Positions 36,670 through 50,047 of a stretch of 64,000 bases of DNA are shown here, piece by piece. Within the stretch, counting starts at the first letter, position 1. The number at the start of each line of letters is the position of its first letter. Origin of the DNA: Trichinella spiralis (Eukaryota); contig NW_003526944.1 of NCBI RefSeq assembly GCF_000181795.1, positions 4,744,479 through 4,808,478 on the forward strand. The letters are read 5' to 3'. The notes beneath the pieces were generated by a model. That model was not told the origin of the DNA. It did not search any database and worked only from the letters and a program-made list of their open reading frames with translations. The translations under genes were made by a program, and so were the position numbers.

Positions 36670-37521
36670 TTAATCCGCTCTCGCTTTTGCCTGGTGAGCA
36701 TTTTTGCCATTTTTGCGCATTCTGGGGGATGTTTTCTGCGTTGGCTGACGCGAACGTTCCGACATGGCCAAAATTTGTTTCGGTATCCAGTCCAAATCCA
36801 CATCACCCGCATTTGTGGTGCCCATTTCCACTTCAACATGCTTTTTCACAACATGTTTGCGACTTTTGCCGCTAATAAATTGGTAAGCGAAAGCGGCCAC
36901 CAAACAGCCAATGATGACGAACACCATGACCAAAAATATCATCTCCGGATTGAATGCAGATTCCTCTTCGACAATGTGGACCGTCTCGTTGAATACGGTG
37001 CTTCGAAATTCACGACCATCGGCTAATTTGTAGTCGACCAGTACAACTAAACCGAACGGTCGACCGGCCAGAGAATCAAATGCCATCATCGAATATTCAA
37101 ATGATGCTTCCGTATCCGGATACACTGCTTGGTGATAACTGCGAACACTGTAATTGTGTACATTGTAAGAGTAATCGGTTGGATATTTCAAAAATGCCTG
37201 TATGCTATCTACGAAATATTCGTCAATACCGCCGTTGAAAAAACTGATCAGCATATGCGCAGGTTTCCCGGAAGGCAGTTCTTTACTGTTCGGTGGTTCA
37301 GTGAAAAGCATCGCTGCTTCTATATCCGGCGAAGGTGCCAAACCTTCTAACACTTCTTCGTCATCTGAATCGCCAAGCGATTTTCCACCTGCTTTCAATT
37401 TATCGCTTTCCTCTTCAACCAATGCATCATCGTCATCTTCATCTGCACTGAGTACATTTCGAACAGGTATTGAAATGAGCAAAAGACAAACTGCTGTTAT
37501 AAACCATTTTCCAAATATCAT
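36670..37521 (-). CDS. SSR1: Translocon-associated protein alpha (TRAP-alpha/SSR1), single coding exon, 283 aa
   Basis: Signal peptide, acidic stretch, PSPD, YPTDYSYNVHNYS, EASFEY, AGRPFGLVV, VFNETV, TM helix, VEMGT and VDLDWIP. Confidence 0.95.
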   Translation of the reverse strand: MIFGKWFITAVCLLLISIPVRNVLSADEDDDDALVEEESDKLKAGGKSLGDSDDEEVLEGLAPSPDIEAAMLFTEPPNSKELPSGKPAHMLISFFNGGIDEYFVDSIQAFLKYPTDYSYNVHNYSVRSYHQAVYPDTEASFEYSMMAFDSLAGRPFGLVVLVDYKLADGREFRSTVFNETVHIVEEESAFNPEMIFLVMVFVIIGCLVAAFAYQFISGKSRKHVVKKHVEVEMGTTNAGDVDLDWIPKQILAMSERSRQPTQKTSPRMRKNGKNAHQAKARAD

Positions 37522-39318
37522 TTTGCCTACAACTAATCAATTGTACATAGTTCATAAAAGAAATGCATCATCACCAAATGCGACAAGGCAACAAAACTAA
37601 ATCAGACTTATTAAAATGTTTGCCAAATAAAACACGTAAAGCAGAAAATTGTCCAAAAACAACGGAATCTGTTATATTAAACGTAAGAATAATAACAACA
37701 GCACAAATGCTTAGCATATGTAATTTGAAAATCAATGAAATTGAAACTATTCAAATAAATAAAATGCATGCACTACAATTTTGTTGGTGGCTACTATAAT
37801 GAAAACATGTTTCACACAATGAAAAATAATACAAATAAAGAAAATGGAAAGTTAAATATACATAATATGAACCGCTTCTGTTAAACCTCTTACATGATTC
37901 TACCTGATTATTTCTCATACTGTGGCATTGCATGTGAACAAAAATGCCACGTCAAACACGGATGGCAAGAAACACGGCGGGGCAATTTACGGAAATACTG
38001 AGAAACAACAATTCCAGAAAACAAATAAATGCCACAGTTTGAAAGTAAAATAATGAAAATTAAATAATAGTCACCTGGATTGTAAAATTTTGAAAAAAAT
38101 TGAAAAACAAACAACTGATGTTGCTCAACGAAAACCTCACTTCGAAATTTCATTCATTTCAGTAATAGCTGAAATTCAACGTCAACCAATATAAACGTAT
38201 AAACGGCAGTGATAAATTAAAGTGCCATTTGAAGTAAAAAGTGCAATAGAAAATCAACTATCAGTCTTTTGTATAAATGCAGTATACAAATGTCAACATC
38301 ATTGAAAACAGAAATACAAATTTGTAATGAAAAGATGTAGAGTTCGTAAATCTTGTTGAACTTAAATTTTTTGTACAACTAACGTTAAAAAAATGAAAAT
38401 ATATTTAATTTTAAACCAAAAAAAAACTAGCACCCAAACTATTGAAAACCTTACTTTTGTTTAGGTACTATATAATATACAGAAATAAGTTATTCAAATA
38501 AGTGAAAACTCAAAAGAATAAGAAGAAGAACGACCATGTCGGAAAAAAGAATGATGTTCATTGTTCTGATGAATAAAGCAAAGTATCAAATAACACACGA
38601 AAAGGCATATTATCAAATGACCTTGAGCTTGCGCCAAAACTGTAAATACTCAAAGGAAATTTAAACAGAAAAATACACTCACAATAAACATTAATTGTCA
38701 CTTTAGAATGCTTAGAAAAAATATGTCACAAATGACAGAAAAAAAGACCACCACCGACAAGCATGATCATGACAATACAAAAAGATATGCCAAATGGCAC
38801 ATTTGCAGCAAACTTGACAACAGCATACTGTAGAGGTTTCCGATAAAAATGAGAGTATAAATGAGTTGCGCCAATTATAATTTAATAAAATTATTTTATT
38901 CTTAAATAAATTATATTAATTAATTATACGACAAATTTTACATCAGAAATTATTTTTTTCAAAAAAAATGTTACAGTAATTTCTAGATTAGTTGAATAAT
39001 TTTGATTTTTAATTTTTCAACAAATTTATTGAACAAAATAAACAGTGATCGATTTATAATAAGAATAATTTGCAACTGTCATAACAGTTACTTGATTTTA
39101 AATGTAATACGGTGAAAACAGTTGGGAAATAACCGATAAGTACTTTTGTGATTTGCATACTTTCTATGCTCACATTTGAATAATATCTACATTGTGAGGT
39201 ATAAAAATGGTTTTCTTTTCAGTAGCGGATCACTTTTTATATGCTTTGTCTTGAATTTCATTAAGTTAAAATTAAATTCAGTTGCAATTATAGCTTTTTT
39301 TAGAAAATATTATTTAAA

Positions 39319-39823
39319 ATGCAATTTTTACATTTCGTCCGTCAATGTGCTACAGACTTGTCTCGATCATCCCAAATCTATGTTACCTCGCTTTCGTGGA
39401 TAACTGGGAAAGGTATCCATTATGATTATATGAATTAGTTTTTCATGCAAATGAAATTTTTCAGCTCAACTTTACAATTATTTCAAACAGTTCGGCTTTG
39501 TAACGAATGTCTATATCCCATACGTAAGGTATTGAACAGTTGATAAACATTGATTGATGATAAAATTATTTAGAATAAAAAAACCGGACTGAGTAACAAT
39601 TACGCGTTGATTCGATTTCGATCAGAAAATGCTGTACAAAATGTTCTACAGCACGGGAAGCATGAAATCGACGGGAAAGTGGTATTTATTTTCTTTAAAC
39701 GGTTTATATTTTTTAAAAAATGTTCTGATTGATTTTTAGATAAAAGTTGAAATGTCCAAATCTGCGAATAGTCGTTTCGAACCAGAAATTGAAGATGATA
39801 TTGAAGAACTCGGAACGGGATAA
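39319..39823 (+). CDS. SLIRP: SLIRP-like single-RRM mitochondrial RNA-binding protein, four exons, 114 aa; not visible as such in the ORF track
   Basis: Exons 39319-39412, 39465-39523, 39574-39681 and 39740-39823 give MQFLHFVRQCATDLSRSSQIYVTSLSWITGKAQLYNYFKQFGFVTNVYIPYNKKTGLSNNYALIRFRSENAVQNVLQHGKHEIDGKVIKVE...*. A U-rich AG acceptor sits just upstream of the ATG, and there is an AATAAA near 39864. Confidence 0.82.
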
Positions 39824-40984
39824 ATTGTTTTCAGTATTTTTGATCTTAAACTTACTGCACTGAATAAAAGTTTTTTGAAAAGGATAAAAGTGTGAAGCAA
39901 AATGCGCAGAAAAAAAAAGTGAATTTGAAATTTCCTCTACAGTTCTTTACAATGACTTGAAATGAGTAGATTTAAATGAAAAAAGTACACCAAGAGTTAG
40001 CAAAACATTTGTAAAATTAATTTAAATTTTCCTTCTTGCTTATGCAAATAAAACTAAATTTAAAATATGCGAAAATGCATCTGTTGACAAGTGTTTATAA
40101 TGGAATTTTTGCCGAAGTTCTACTCCTGCTTATTTATTGCTAAGTTTCTTAAAATTCTTTACCGGATAATGCCGAAAGTCTGGTCGTCGTTTGCGTAAAG
40201 TATCAGCTTGTTTGGCTTCAGTCGACCGGCTAGAAGCGACCACTGGAAGACAATCGCCAGAGAAAGCTTCACACCGCATTGTTGAACGCGGCAACGTAGT
40301 TTCCCAGTAGCTCATACAGAATAATTTCATTGCAAAGTTTTTGAAAATAACAAAAAACATACAATGAACAATGTGTATGGATATTGGTCAGGCGCAACGG
40401 TGGTCAATTCTCCAGATTCAAATCGTGTGAAAAAAGTAGTCGCTACAAAAAACAGTAAGAATTAATTTCATTAATTTAATGTTATTACTTTAATAAATTA
40501 CCGCTTATTTCCACAGTCATCTTTATCATTTACTCAGAACGCTTTACTACTGATCAATATTCAAAATAAAGCAACCCAATTATTTACATATTATTAAAGT
40601 ATGCATACAAGATTTGCATAATAACTCGTCTGCGAAAGTAATCTGCCGACCATTGAAGACATATTTGAATAAATAAATTAAATTGCTAAAATATAAATAC
40701 ATTATCGTTAATTTATTGTAAGAAATGACTGAATTGAAAAAATTTACTTACAAGTGAACCTGATTTTCACTTTTGTCATCAGTAATACTTGATTATTAAA
40801 AAGTATATTTTAAATAATATTTTTTTTCTTAAATTCTTAAATTTTTCAATCAATTGTTATTTTTGAAAAAAATTTTAAGCTATCACAAATGTGCACGTTG
40901 TGTTGTGTTAGTTGTGTGTGTGTAAATGAATTGTGAATGTAAAATTGTGTTGATGTTGTTGTAAAAAATGCATATTTGTTTTCG

Positions 40985-41670
40985 ATAACATCTGCGGTGA
41001 AGTGAATCAACTGGGTGGAGTGTTTGTCAACGGTAGACCGTTACCGTTGACGTTGCGCATGCGCATTGTGGAACTGGCCCAGATGGGCATACGCCCCTGT
41101 GATATTAGCCGCGAGTTGAGAGTTTCGCACGGATGCGTGAGCAAAATTTTGAACCGCTTCCAAGAGACCGGTTCCGTGTTGCCTGGGGCGATCGGTGGAA
41201 GCAAGCCGCGTGTGACCACACCCCGGGTGGTTGATCACATCCGTCTGCTGAAGTTGCAAGATCCGGCCATGTTCGCTTGGGAAATCCGCGACCGTCTCGT
41301 CGCCGACGGTGTTTGCGACAAAACGTCCGCACCGTCGGTCAGTTCGATCAGTCGGATATTGAGGCGCAAGCTTGAACCTCAGGTTGGTTCCAACAGAATG
41401 GTCGCGTCGGCCAATACGGCGCCATTGTTCCATCCTTACTTTCCGTACGCGTTGCCGGTGAACCATCAGCCCAGTGGACACCAGTGGACTGGCGGATGTG
41501 AGCTGTTTGCAGCCGCCGAGACCGGCGCCGTATTGCCACACCCGTATGCAAGTTTGACGATCCACTCGACCAAAACAGCCCATTCAACCACGCCCGTGTT
41601 CGGAATGCTCAGCTTCCAGTCGCCCACGACCCACACGAAATCACAAGCCGAAGCTACAATTCACAGCTGA
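40985..41670 (+). CDS. pax-1: Paired-box transcription factor, Pax1/9 (Pox meso) class; first exon not fixed
   Basis: [17 protein letters not shown]...GIRPCDISR...[14 protein letters not shown]...FAWEIRDRL...[11 protein letters not shown], which is diagnostic of Pax1/9; no homeodomain. Confidence 0.92.
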
Positions 41671-42400
41671 ACACAAAGATTGTTTGCTGATCTTATCCTT
41701 ATTAGTTCATATTCATTGGTTCGAATTGGATCAATTTGATTGGACAAATATTATGTAAACATTTTACACTATTTCTCATTTTCCAATTGAACAAATGAAG
41801 CATGTTTTCACGCTTGTATCATCAAACAGAATAAGAATAGAAATAATGCTTTGAAACGAACCAGTTCTGAATCTTCAATCCGACGAAGAATGTTGAAAAT
41901 TGTCCATCCACCGGCTTGGTTACATTTTAGCCTTGTACAATTTCCAACACTGACCACCAACAATCCATCCAGGCGAGTAAACATTTGTAAAACGGATAAT
42001 GCAAACAACAAGAAAACTGCCCATCGTCAGCTGCATACTGTACAGAGTTGTTGCTGTTGCTCATTGCAAAATTAACTTCAACCAGTACTACTTCACTCAC
42101 ACATGACTTCCAACTTAGAGAAATTAATATTCATGCATGAAAAGAACACTTTTATGAAGTACAAATAATGATCGTATTTTTTACTGCTCTGCCTCGAAAA
42201 TACGACAAAAACAAACAAGTAAATTGAAAATTTGCAAACGCATAAAAATGATAATAAAAATAATACCGCATAGAATACCTTAAACAGACAATCAGATAAT
42301 AAAATTGCGTTTTAAAATCAATCAAACGATGGTTGGTTGATTTAGATATTACAAAAAATTTCATCCACGAAGCCACAAAAGCGTTCATAATCATCAGGCA

Positions 42401-44563
42401 TCAGGCGGACATTTCTTTCAGCGATGCAATCGCTGATTTTAAAACATGCACTTGGGTCTGAAATTAAAAACCAAATAATTCCATGCTCGTAAAAAAATGT
42501 TCATTATATACAACTTTTCAAAATATTCAAAAATTGAAAGTATACTATTTCATCTAAATGTTATTTTTTTAATGCACACAACAGAATATAAATTATAAGA
42601 TATAAAAAAAAGTATGAAATCTATCAACAAATACCGATCAGCTTACCTTTGCATGCTTGTGCTGCAATTCAGCCAATTCAACAAGACTTTTCTTGAAAGC
42701 TGCCACTCTGCGTACTTTATACTCTTCCAATTCTTAAACAAAGAACAATAAATTAATAATAATAAGTAAACAACATCAACAAAATAGATCACCTTGCTTA
42801 GCTTTTTCCGATATCGCTTCATATTCTTTACTAGCATTCTGTTTATCCAATTCTGCCTAAAAAACAGAATTTATTAATTAGAAATTGATAAAAATTTAAA
42901 TTTCAGCAATAAATAAATAAATAAATAAATAAAAATTGCCTTCGGAATATCTCGATTCTTCATCCTTGCACGATCCAAATTTCTGCTAGCAGTTTCCAGG
43001 GTAGCCAAACATCGCAGTCGGCGATAAAGCAAATCTTTCGCCGCTTGGGTGTCGCGCATGAAATAACGAAGTGTATCTGAAACAAAATTCATCACAACCA
43101 CAAGCAATTAAAACAGTAATTATTAATTATTTGAAAAAATTTAATATAAAAATTGAAAATGAACCTGACAACTTTAAGTCAAAATCTGAAGATACACGCG
43201 CTTCAAGCTTCCGGCACTTTTCATACGTTTCAGCAACTTTTAAAACGGTCCTGATTTAAAATTTTCAAAAACAGTATAAACACAATGAACAAATTGTAAA
43301 AGCAGCTTTCGCTAATACTTTGATAATTCAGGACTCTTCTCTATTCCACCAAGGGTTTCCAATGAGCTGCAAATTTTCATCATTACATCTGACATGTCTA
43401 CAAAAAAAATTTACTTTATAATAGTGGAATATTACAATAATTATACTTTTCAAATGCTTTGTCATTTTGTCAGATCGCGAAGTTGCCTCGCGTACATGAC
43501 CGTAATATTCTACAAGATAATTTTTTTCATGTTCAAAAAACGGCTCTGAATCCTAAATACAAGTTTTCTCAGAGTACATAATTATTCCAAATTCTTACTT
43601 TTTGATTTGACAATAGCACTTCATCTGCTGAAGTAGAAAACCGCTTCCAGATGCTTTCTAACTTTTCTTTCTTATTCTTTCCTCGGATATTCAACTAAAA
43701 ATGCAAAACATTTACATATTTAAAAGTCGACATTCAATAATGTTGTCAATAATCACCCCATTTGCATCTTGATACTCCAAAAAAATCTGAAAATTCGAAT
43801 CATCTTTTAAAACAGGATGAGTAGCAAGACGATTCAAAAATAATCCATGCATAGCCACAGTTTTTTTGAATGTGGCCAAATATTCCCTATTAATTCAATA
43901 ATAATTATTTTTTTCGAAGAATGTTCTTCATCTTACGCTTCCAATTCAGCTTTCATTTTTGCAAATTCTTCCCGAGTCATCGTTGGTTCCCCTTCACTCA
44001 ATTTTTGCAATTTCTCTCGAGATGTATCAAAATCAGGGCGAGGAGGAGGAGGAGGTATCTGCAATAATATTCATGAATTCACCTTCTGAAACAAACTCCA
44101 ACTCACAATGTAACCGGCATACAACGGATTTTCCTCAATAGCATCGTAAAGCCACAAAAATTCATCGTGCTCACGAACGACAGAAGTTTCTTTTTGAGTG
44201 AACGCCGGAAAATTAGTCTGAAGGCGTTACTTAATTACAGTTTTCAAGTTTTCGTTAAAATGCCAACTCAACAAAAAAAATTAAAAAAAAACTTACTTTC
44301 ATATGCACTGTGAATTTGATTTTATCCTTTTCACTTAAAGCATCCGAAATATCTACCGTTAAAAATGGTTCTTCCGACTCCACAACATCTGCTGGCTAAA
44401 AATGCACTACTAATTGCCTCGTACAGCCAATAATAATAAAATAAACAATAATAACATTTTCACGATCGATTTCAATTTCATCACTTTTGGAAATTGCAAG
44501 TTTTCCAATTCTTTCAGCTTCAACATCTGCAACCTCTTCAATCCTTTCCTCACTTTCTTCCAT
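42401..44563 (-). CDS. snx-6: Sorting nexin 5/6 (PX-BAR), multi-exon
   Basis: ATG 44563 after a TTTTCAG acceptor; [59 protein letters not shown] and [25 protein letters not shown] at 42403-42401. Confidence 0.95.
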
Positions 44564-45374
44564 AATGTTCACCTGAAAACAGCTATGCATCGTCAAGCAA
44601 TGACATTTCAACAGTATCAAATGCTTATTGCGTATTGAGAAAAATTTCATAAAACTATCCAAATAATATCAACAAGAGTGCAATATTCAGCGTCAAAAAA
44701 CTTGAAGCGTTAAAGATCGTCAGTGGTAGCCATATACTATACATTTTCGTTATAAAGTTGACAATTTCAAAAGTTAATTGAGAAAGTTTCATTAACAAAA
44801 TCACTTTTGAATTGACTGTACAAAACAAATCGATTAAAATAAGAAAAAGTTATTCAGAAACGTTACTTTGAAAACTGGCTGAAAGAACAATAGTCAACTT
44901 AAAGTCGTAGCTGTTTCTGATTTATCCACACAAATTATAGGTTATTGCACATAAATTACAGTAAAATATGCAAAAGGTTTATTGGAAAAAATACCTCAAT
45001 AAATTCAGTTTGAGAGGTGCACTTTTAATATTATGATGATTTGAAAATGGTATAATTTGCGTTATATTGATATAAAACAAATAAAAAATTAATTCTCGCT
45101 ACAATATATGTTTACTGTACTTTTACAATTATCAAGTACATGCACTTCAATGTACATAAGGTTTTTGTGAGTGCATGAGTTGTTCTACATGTAAAACTGT
45201 TTATTCACTGCATTTGCTTTCGTTTATTAGTATGCATTATTGCAGAAAATAAAATAAAATAAAATCGATACATGCATTTAAATTTTATTAAAAACAAATT
45301 CAACAAATTATTTTCTTTTTACTGTTTATCTTTTAAAAACATGATAATGAAAGGTATCGCATTTGTAAAGCATA

Positions 45375-46079
45375 TTATTTCCTCAGTTCCGCTTCTACGG
45401 TTTCCAGCAATTTTTGCTGCTCTTTCAGTTCCAAGTCTGGTATGTATCGATATTCTTCATCTGCTGCCGTATGCTGTTTTATATTCAAGGTTACACCTTC
45501 GGGCAAATCCGTCTTGATTATGTCAATTAACAGCGAACCAGTTGACGAGAAGAAATCTTCTATCTGAACATTTCGCTCATACTTAGGCAATTCAAACTGA
45601 TCACTAATAGCAGTAGAACCAATTTTATAAACAGTACATTGAAATTTTCTGACTGGCGAAGCCCACCTAAAATCACACAGCACGTTCTTTGATTAGAGCA
45701 ATTCAAATCAAACAAATTACCTACGTATTTGCTATTTTGAAGCCCATTAAACGTGCTAATTTATGCATATAGCTTTGAAAATGTTCAAGTACCACAAAAT
45801 CATATCCACTAATGACAACATTGACAACACCGTGAGATGGAAGTTGGAAAGGTTTTTCCTAAATGAAAATATAATTTCAATTTCTAAAATGAACACCTAG
45901 TCACTTACAAAGATCGGTTCATACAAAGCTTGGCTTTGCAAGTTTCTATTTTCTTCGTCATCAAATGACTGTGTAGCTTGCGAAACTTTTCGTATTAAAA
46001 ACGAGTTAAGAAAACTTAATTTTGCATTTCTATCAATTGAAATGCATTTTAAACACTTCCTGAAAGCTTGACAAGACAT
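45375..46079 (-). CDS. MRPL48: Mitochondrial ribosomal protein mL48, three exons
   Basis: Presequence-like N-terminus, LYEP, NVVISGYDFVVLEHFQSYMHKLA, WASP, KYERNVQI, LPEGV and RYIPDLEL. Confidence 0.88.
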
Positions 46080-46769
46080 ATTTTGATTCCAATGTATATT
46101 GAAAATCAAGAACAATTAAATAATTTTATTCATTGTATGATGTATAGTAGAGATTAATAAATTTATCTATTTATTTACATTATATATTTTTTGTCAATGC
46201 AGAATATATTTTTGCAGAAATAAAAGTGAATTAACGGTTTATAAAATTTATACTTGATTTCTTTTTATTTAAATCTATGGTACGCTAAAAATGACGAACT
46301 GATAGCTTATCGTACATTTTTTATACTCATTCTTAAAAATTTCTATTTTCTGTAAGTGAAGAGATTTAAAAAATAATATTAAATATTATTTTAATATATA
46401 TTTTGTTTTTATTTACTGATTAATTTTTTTGTCTGTTGAATGTTTTGCTTTCAGGTTTGTATGTAGGTTGTAGGTTTATGTAGGAAAAGTTTATATTGGT
46501 CCAATGTTTGTTCCTGTTTGTTTATTCATTGCCATTGCTTGCTAATGTTGTTGCGTTCTGCATCTTCATTCAGTTTTATATTTGCATAGTACTTGAAATG
46601 TTTTTAATTTGTTTGTTTACTATGTTTCAACGATGAAGTATTTGAAATTTTTACGAAGCTTGACAGCAGAATGTTGATTTGATTACTGTTGAATAAACAC
46701 AAAATGTATTACTTTAAATATTCATATTTAATTCTGGTTTTGCAGTTGACACTAGATTATAGCAGAAAA

Positions 46770-49660
46770 ATGCCTACCAGAAAATCTCCTTCATCGGAAC
46801 TTAAATCACCGAACGTTCAATCTGTCAGACGTCGCTCTAAAGCAAAGTCATCTAAGAGTAAAATTCCCAAAAATGTAAAACAGACAAAAAATAAAACTGA
46901 GTAAGTTATTGTACTCTATGTTTGTCGTTCCATTTTTGCATTTCTCTGTAATTATTGTACGTTAGATGTATGACATGAATAAAAATGAGATGCTATTTTT
47001 GGAAAGTAAAATTGCTATGTTTAATATATCAATATCGTGTAGTATGAATATGAAGAGTTGATCACGGAGTGCTGTTTAATATTTCCGCATAGCAGGGAAA
47101 AATGATCTAAATAATATTGTAGTTCTGAAAAAGCGAAAACAAAGAGAGGGCAGCCAAATGTATCTCGCAATAGAGGCGTTTCTATATGTTCGAACGCTGA
47201 ATCATCGTCGGATGAAGCTGAAAATCTAGAGGGAAAATGGCGTCGTAAAAAACTGGTAAGCGACCCTGTGGTACCATGCGAAAAACGTGGCCTTCCAGTG
47301 GATTGCAAGCCCGTAGCTGAACATGTGGTGCACGAACAACCTCCATTGTTTATCGCTATTATGGCCTATTTTACATATGGGTTTTTGGTTTTCACCGGAT
47401 ATGTGCAAGATTTTTTGAGGTGGCTTGGTATTGAGCTGCATAAAAATTTTCAAGAATCTCCGAAAATGAAGGTATTTGATGATTAATTATTCTGCCCTAT
47501 TTATCAGCAATGCATGGTGCACAGCGCAGATTTTACTTTCAGGATTTTGTACCTCTCTATTCAGACTTTGAAGCTTTGTATACCAGATGCGTCTATATAC
47601 GTATACGAGATTCGTGGAATCGACCGATATGTTCCGTACCAGGTGCAGAAATTACATTACTTGATCGAGTTACTGATGACAACGGATGGACATTTCGGTA
47701 CAGCTGAAGTGTTGAAATTGTTTTTGTTAAAATTATATAGATTCGTTTTTTCAGGTACACTGGTGGAAAGACGAAAGTGATTAATCTTGGATCGTATAAT
47801 TATCTCGGCTTTGCTGAGAACACTGGACCATGCGTTGAAGAAGTTGAAAGAAGCATAAGAAAATACGGTATCGGTGTGTGCAGCAGCCGAAAAGAAGCGG
47901 GTATATAGTTTTTGAAAATTATTTATCAATCGAGAGTATTAAAATCGGAAAGAAATATCATGTTATAGGAAATATGTCGATACACAACAGATTGGAGCGT
48001 TTGATGGCTCAGTTTTTGGGAGTTGAAGATGCTCTGTGCTTTCCAATGGGATTCGCGACGAATTCTATGAATGTGCCTTGCTTTGCTGAGAAGGTGCGTT
48101 TATTCTTTCTTTTTTTGTTCAAAAATATTATTTAAATGAATTTCCATTTGAAAATACTATTTATTTATAGGGTTGTTTGTTGCTTAGTGATGAACTGAAT
48201 CACGCATCTTTGATACTTGGATGTCGTCTCACTGGAGCTACTATAAAAGTATTTAAGCATAACGGTAAATCTTTGTTAAATAATCTGTTTTTCATAATCA
48301 CTATTAAAGCGTTCGACGTATGAATATTTTCAGATACGGTTGATTTGGAAAATAAAATACGCGACGCAATTGTCTATGGACAACCGCGAACTCGTAGGCC
48401 GTACAAGAAAATTTTGATTTTTGTTGAAGGAATTTACAGTATGGAAGGAACGATCGTCAACTTGCCAGAAATTATTCGAATCAAGAAGAAATACAAAGCT
48501 TATTTATACCTAGACGAAGCTCATAGCATTGGTATAGTACACAATATGTGCAGTGGTAGTGATGCAATAAATTTCGAACACAGGTGCTCTGGGAAAACGT
48601 GGTCGTGGTGTTTGTGATTATTATGGCTGCGATCCACAAGACGTGGATATTCTCATGGGCACATTTACGAAAAGCTTCGCCGCAGCTGGAGGCTATATAG
48701 CTGGAAAAAAGGTTTTATGAAATAAACAGCATAACTTCATCATTCGAATTATTTTTGTGTTTCAGGAAGTGATTGATTATTTGAGGAGAAACAGTTACAG
48801 CACCATTTACGCCGCAGCTCTTTCGCCTCCAATTGCACAGCAAATCATATCCACACTGAAAATACTTATGGGATTGGACGGCACTGACGAAGGTATGTTA
48901 AAAAAACTGTTGGCATATTTTTCTTTGATAATAAATTTCTGTGAAATTATAGGCAGCCGTCGAATTGCCAAATTGGAAAGGAATACAATTTATTTTCGTC
49001 GACGACTCAAGCAAAAGGGCTTCATCTTATTTGGAAACAGCAACTCTCCTGTGGTTCCAATGATGGTCTACTTCCCAGCCAAAATGAAGTAAGCTGAATT
49101 TTTGAACAACATCTATCATGCCTGTTGGATTTGGTTTGGTTAAGCAGCAACAGTTTCTGTGTTTCAGTCATTTTAGTCGAGAAATGTTGAAACGAAAAGT
49201 TGGAGTGGTTTTGGTCGGCTTTCCAGCCACTCCAATAACACTCGGACGAGCTAGATTTTGCATTAGCTCCGCCCACACTAAGGAACAGTTGGATCAGGTT
49301 GGTTTGCATTGTTTTCTTTTTAATGAAGATGTAAAATTATAAAATATTAAATAAGAGAAATGAACATTTTGCAAAGCAAGAATAAGAATTTTCGAACAGA
49401 TACGCGTAAATAAGAAAATAAAGTCGCGCACGCGATTTACAATTCCACGAGCATTTCTTTAATAAATTTGATATCAGATGATAAATTTGCATAAAGTTAG
49501 CAGAATAACGTTTCAGTATTAGTGTTTTGGTGAGAAATGAATGTGTTACTTACTGTTATTTTTGCAGGCTCTGGAAGCTATAGATGAAGTCGGCGGTTCG
49601 ATGATGTTGAAATTGTCTTCTCGATGCGAACATTTGAAAGATGAAGTAATCGAATACTGA
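46770..49660 (+). CDS. Serine palmitoyltransferase LCB2 subunit (SPTLC2/3 family), multi-exon
   Basis: [71 protein letters not shown] lysine motif GTFTKSF and [14 protein letters not shown] at 49658-49660. Confidence 0.96.
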
Positions 49661-50047
49661 CCTGTTCGGCGGTTGTGCAAACAAGAAGATGATTAAAAAT
49701 ATACCTAATGTGTCGCATGCTTATCTCGATTGTTCGGTCCAATTAGTTGCTGATTAATTTTATTTACTGTTTATTCTGCTCATTGATTGGCTTTCACTTA
49801 TGGTTGGTTGGTTGGTTCAATTGTCCAAACAACGAAAACATTATTATTGATTCATGCGAAAAGGAAGAAAAAAAAATTTGCATTGCACTGTTGGTTTATT
49901 ATATATAAATTATAATTGTGTGGATAATAAATTTCAGGTTATCGATAAATTCAGCGCTGAGCAAGCAGGCAAGCACAGCCAGCGATCGGGATGCGATTGT
50001 AGTTAATTTGAAAACTAACTTCCGGGGTTCGCCACCATAACTGAGAG

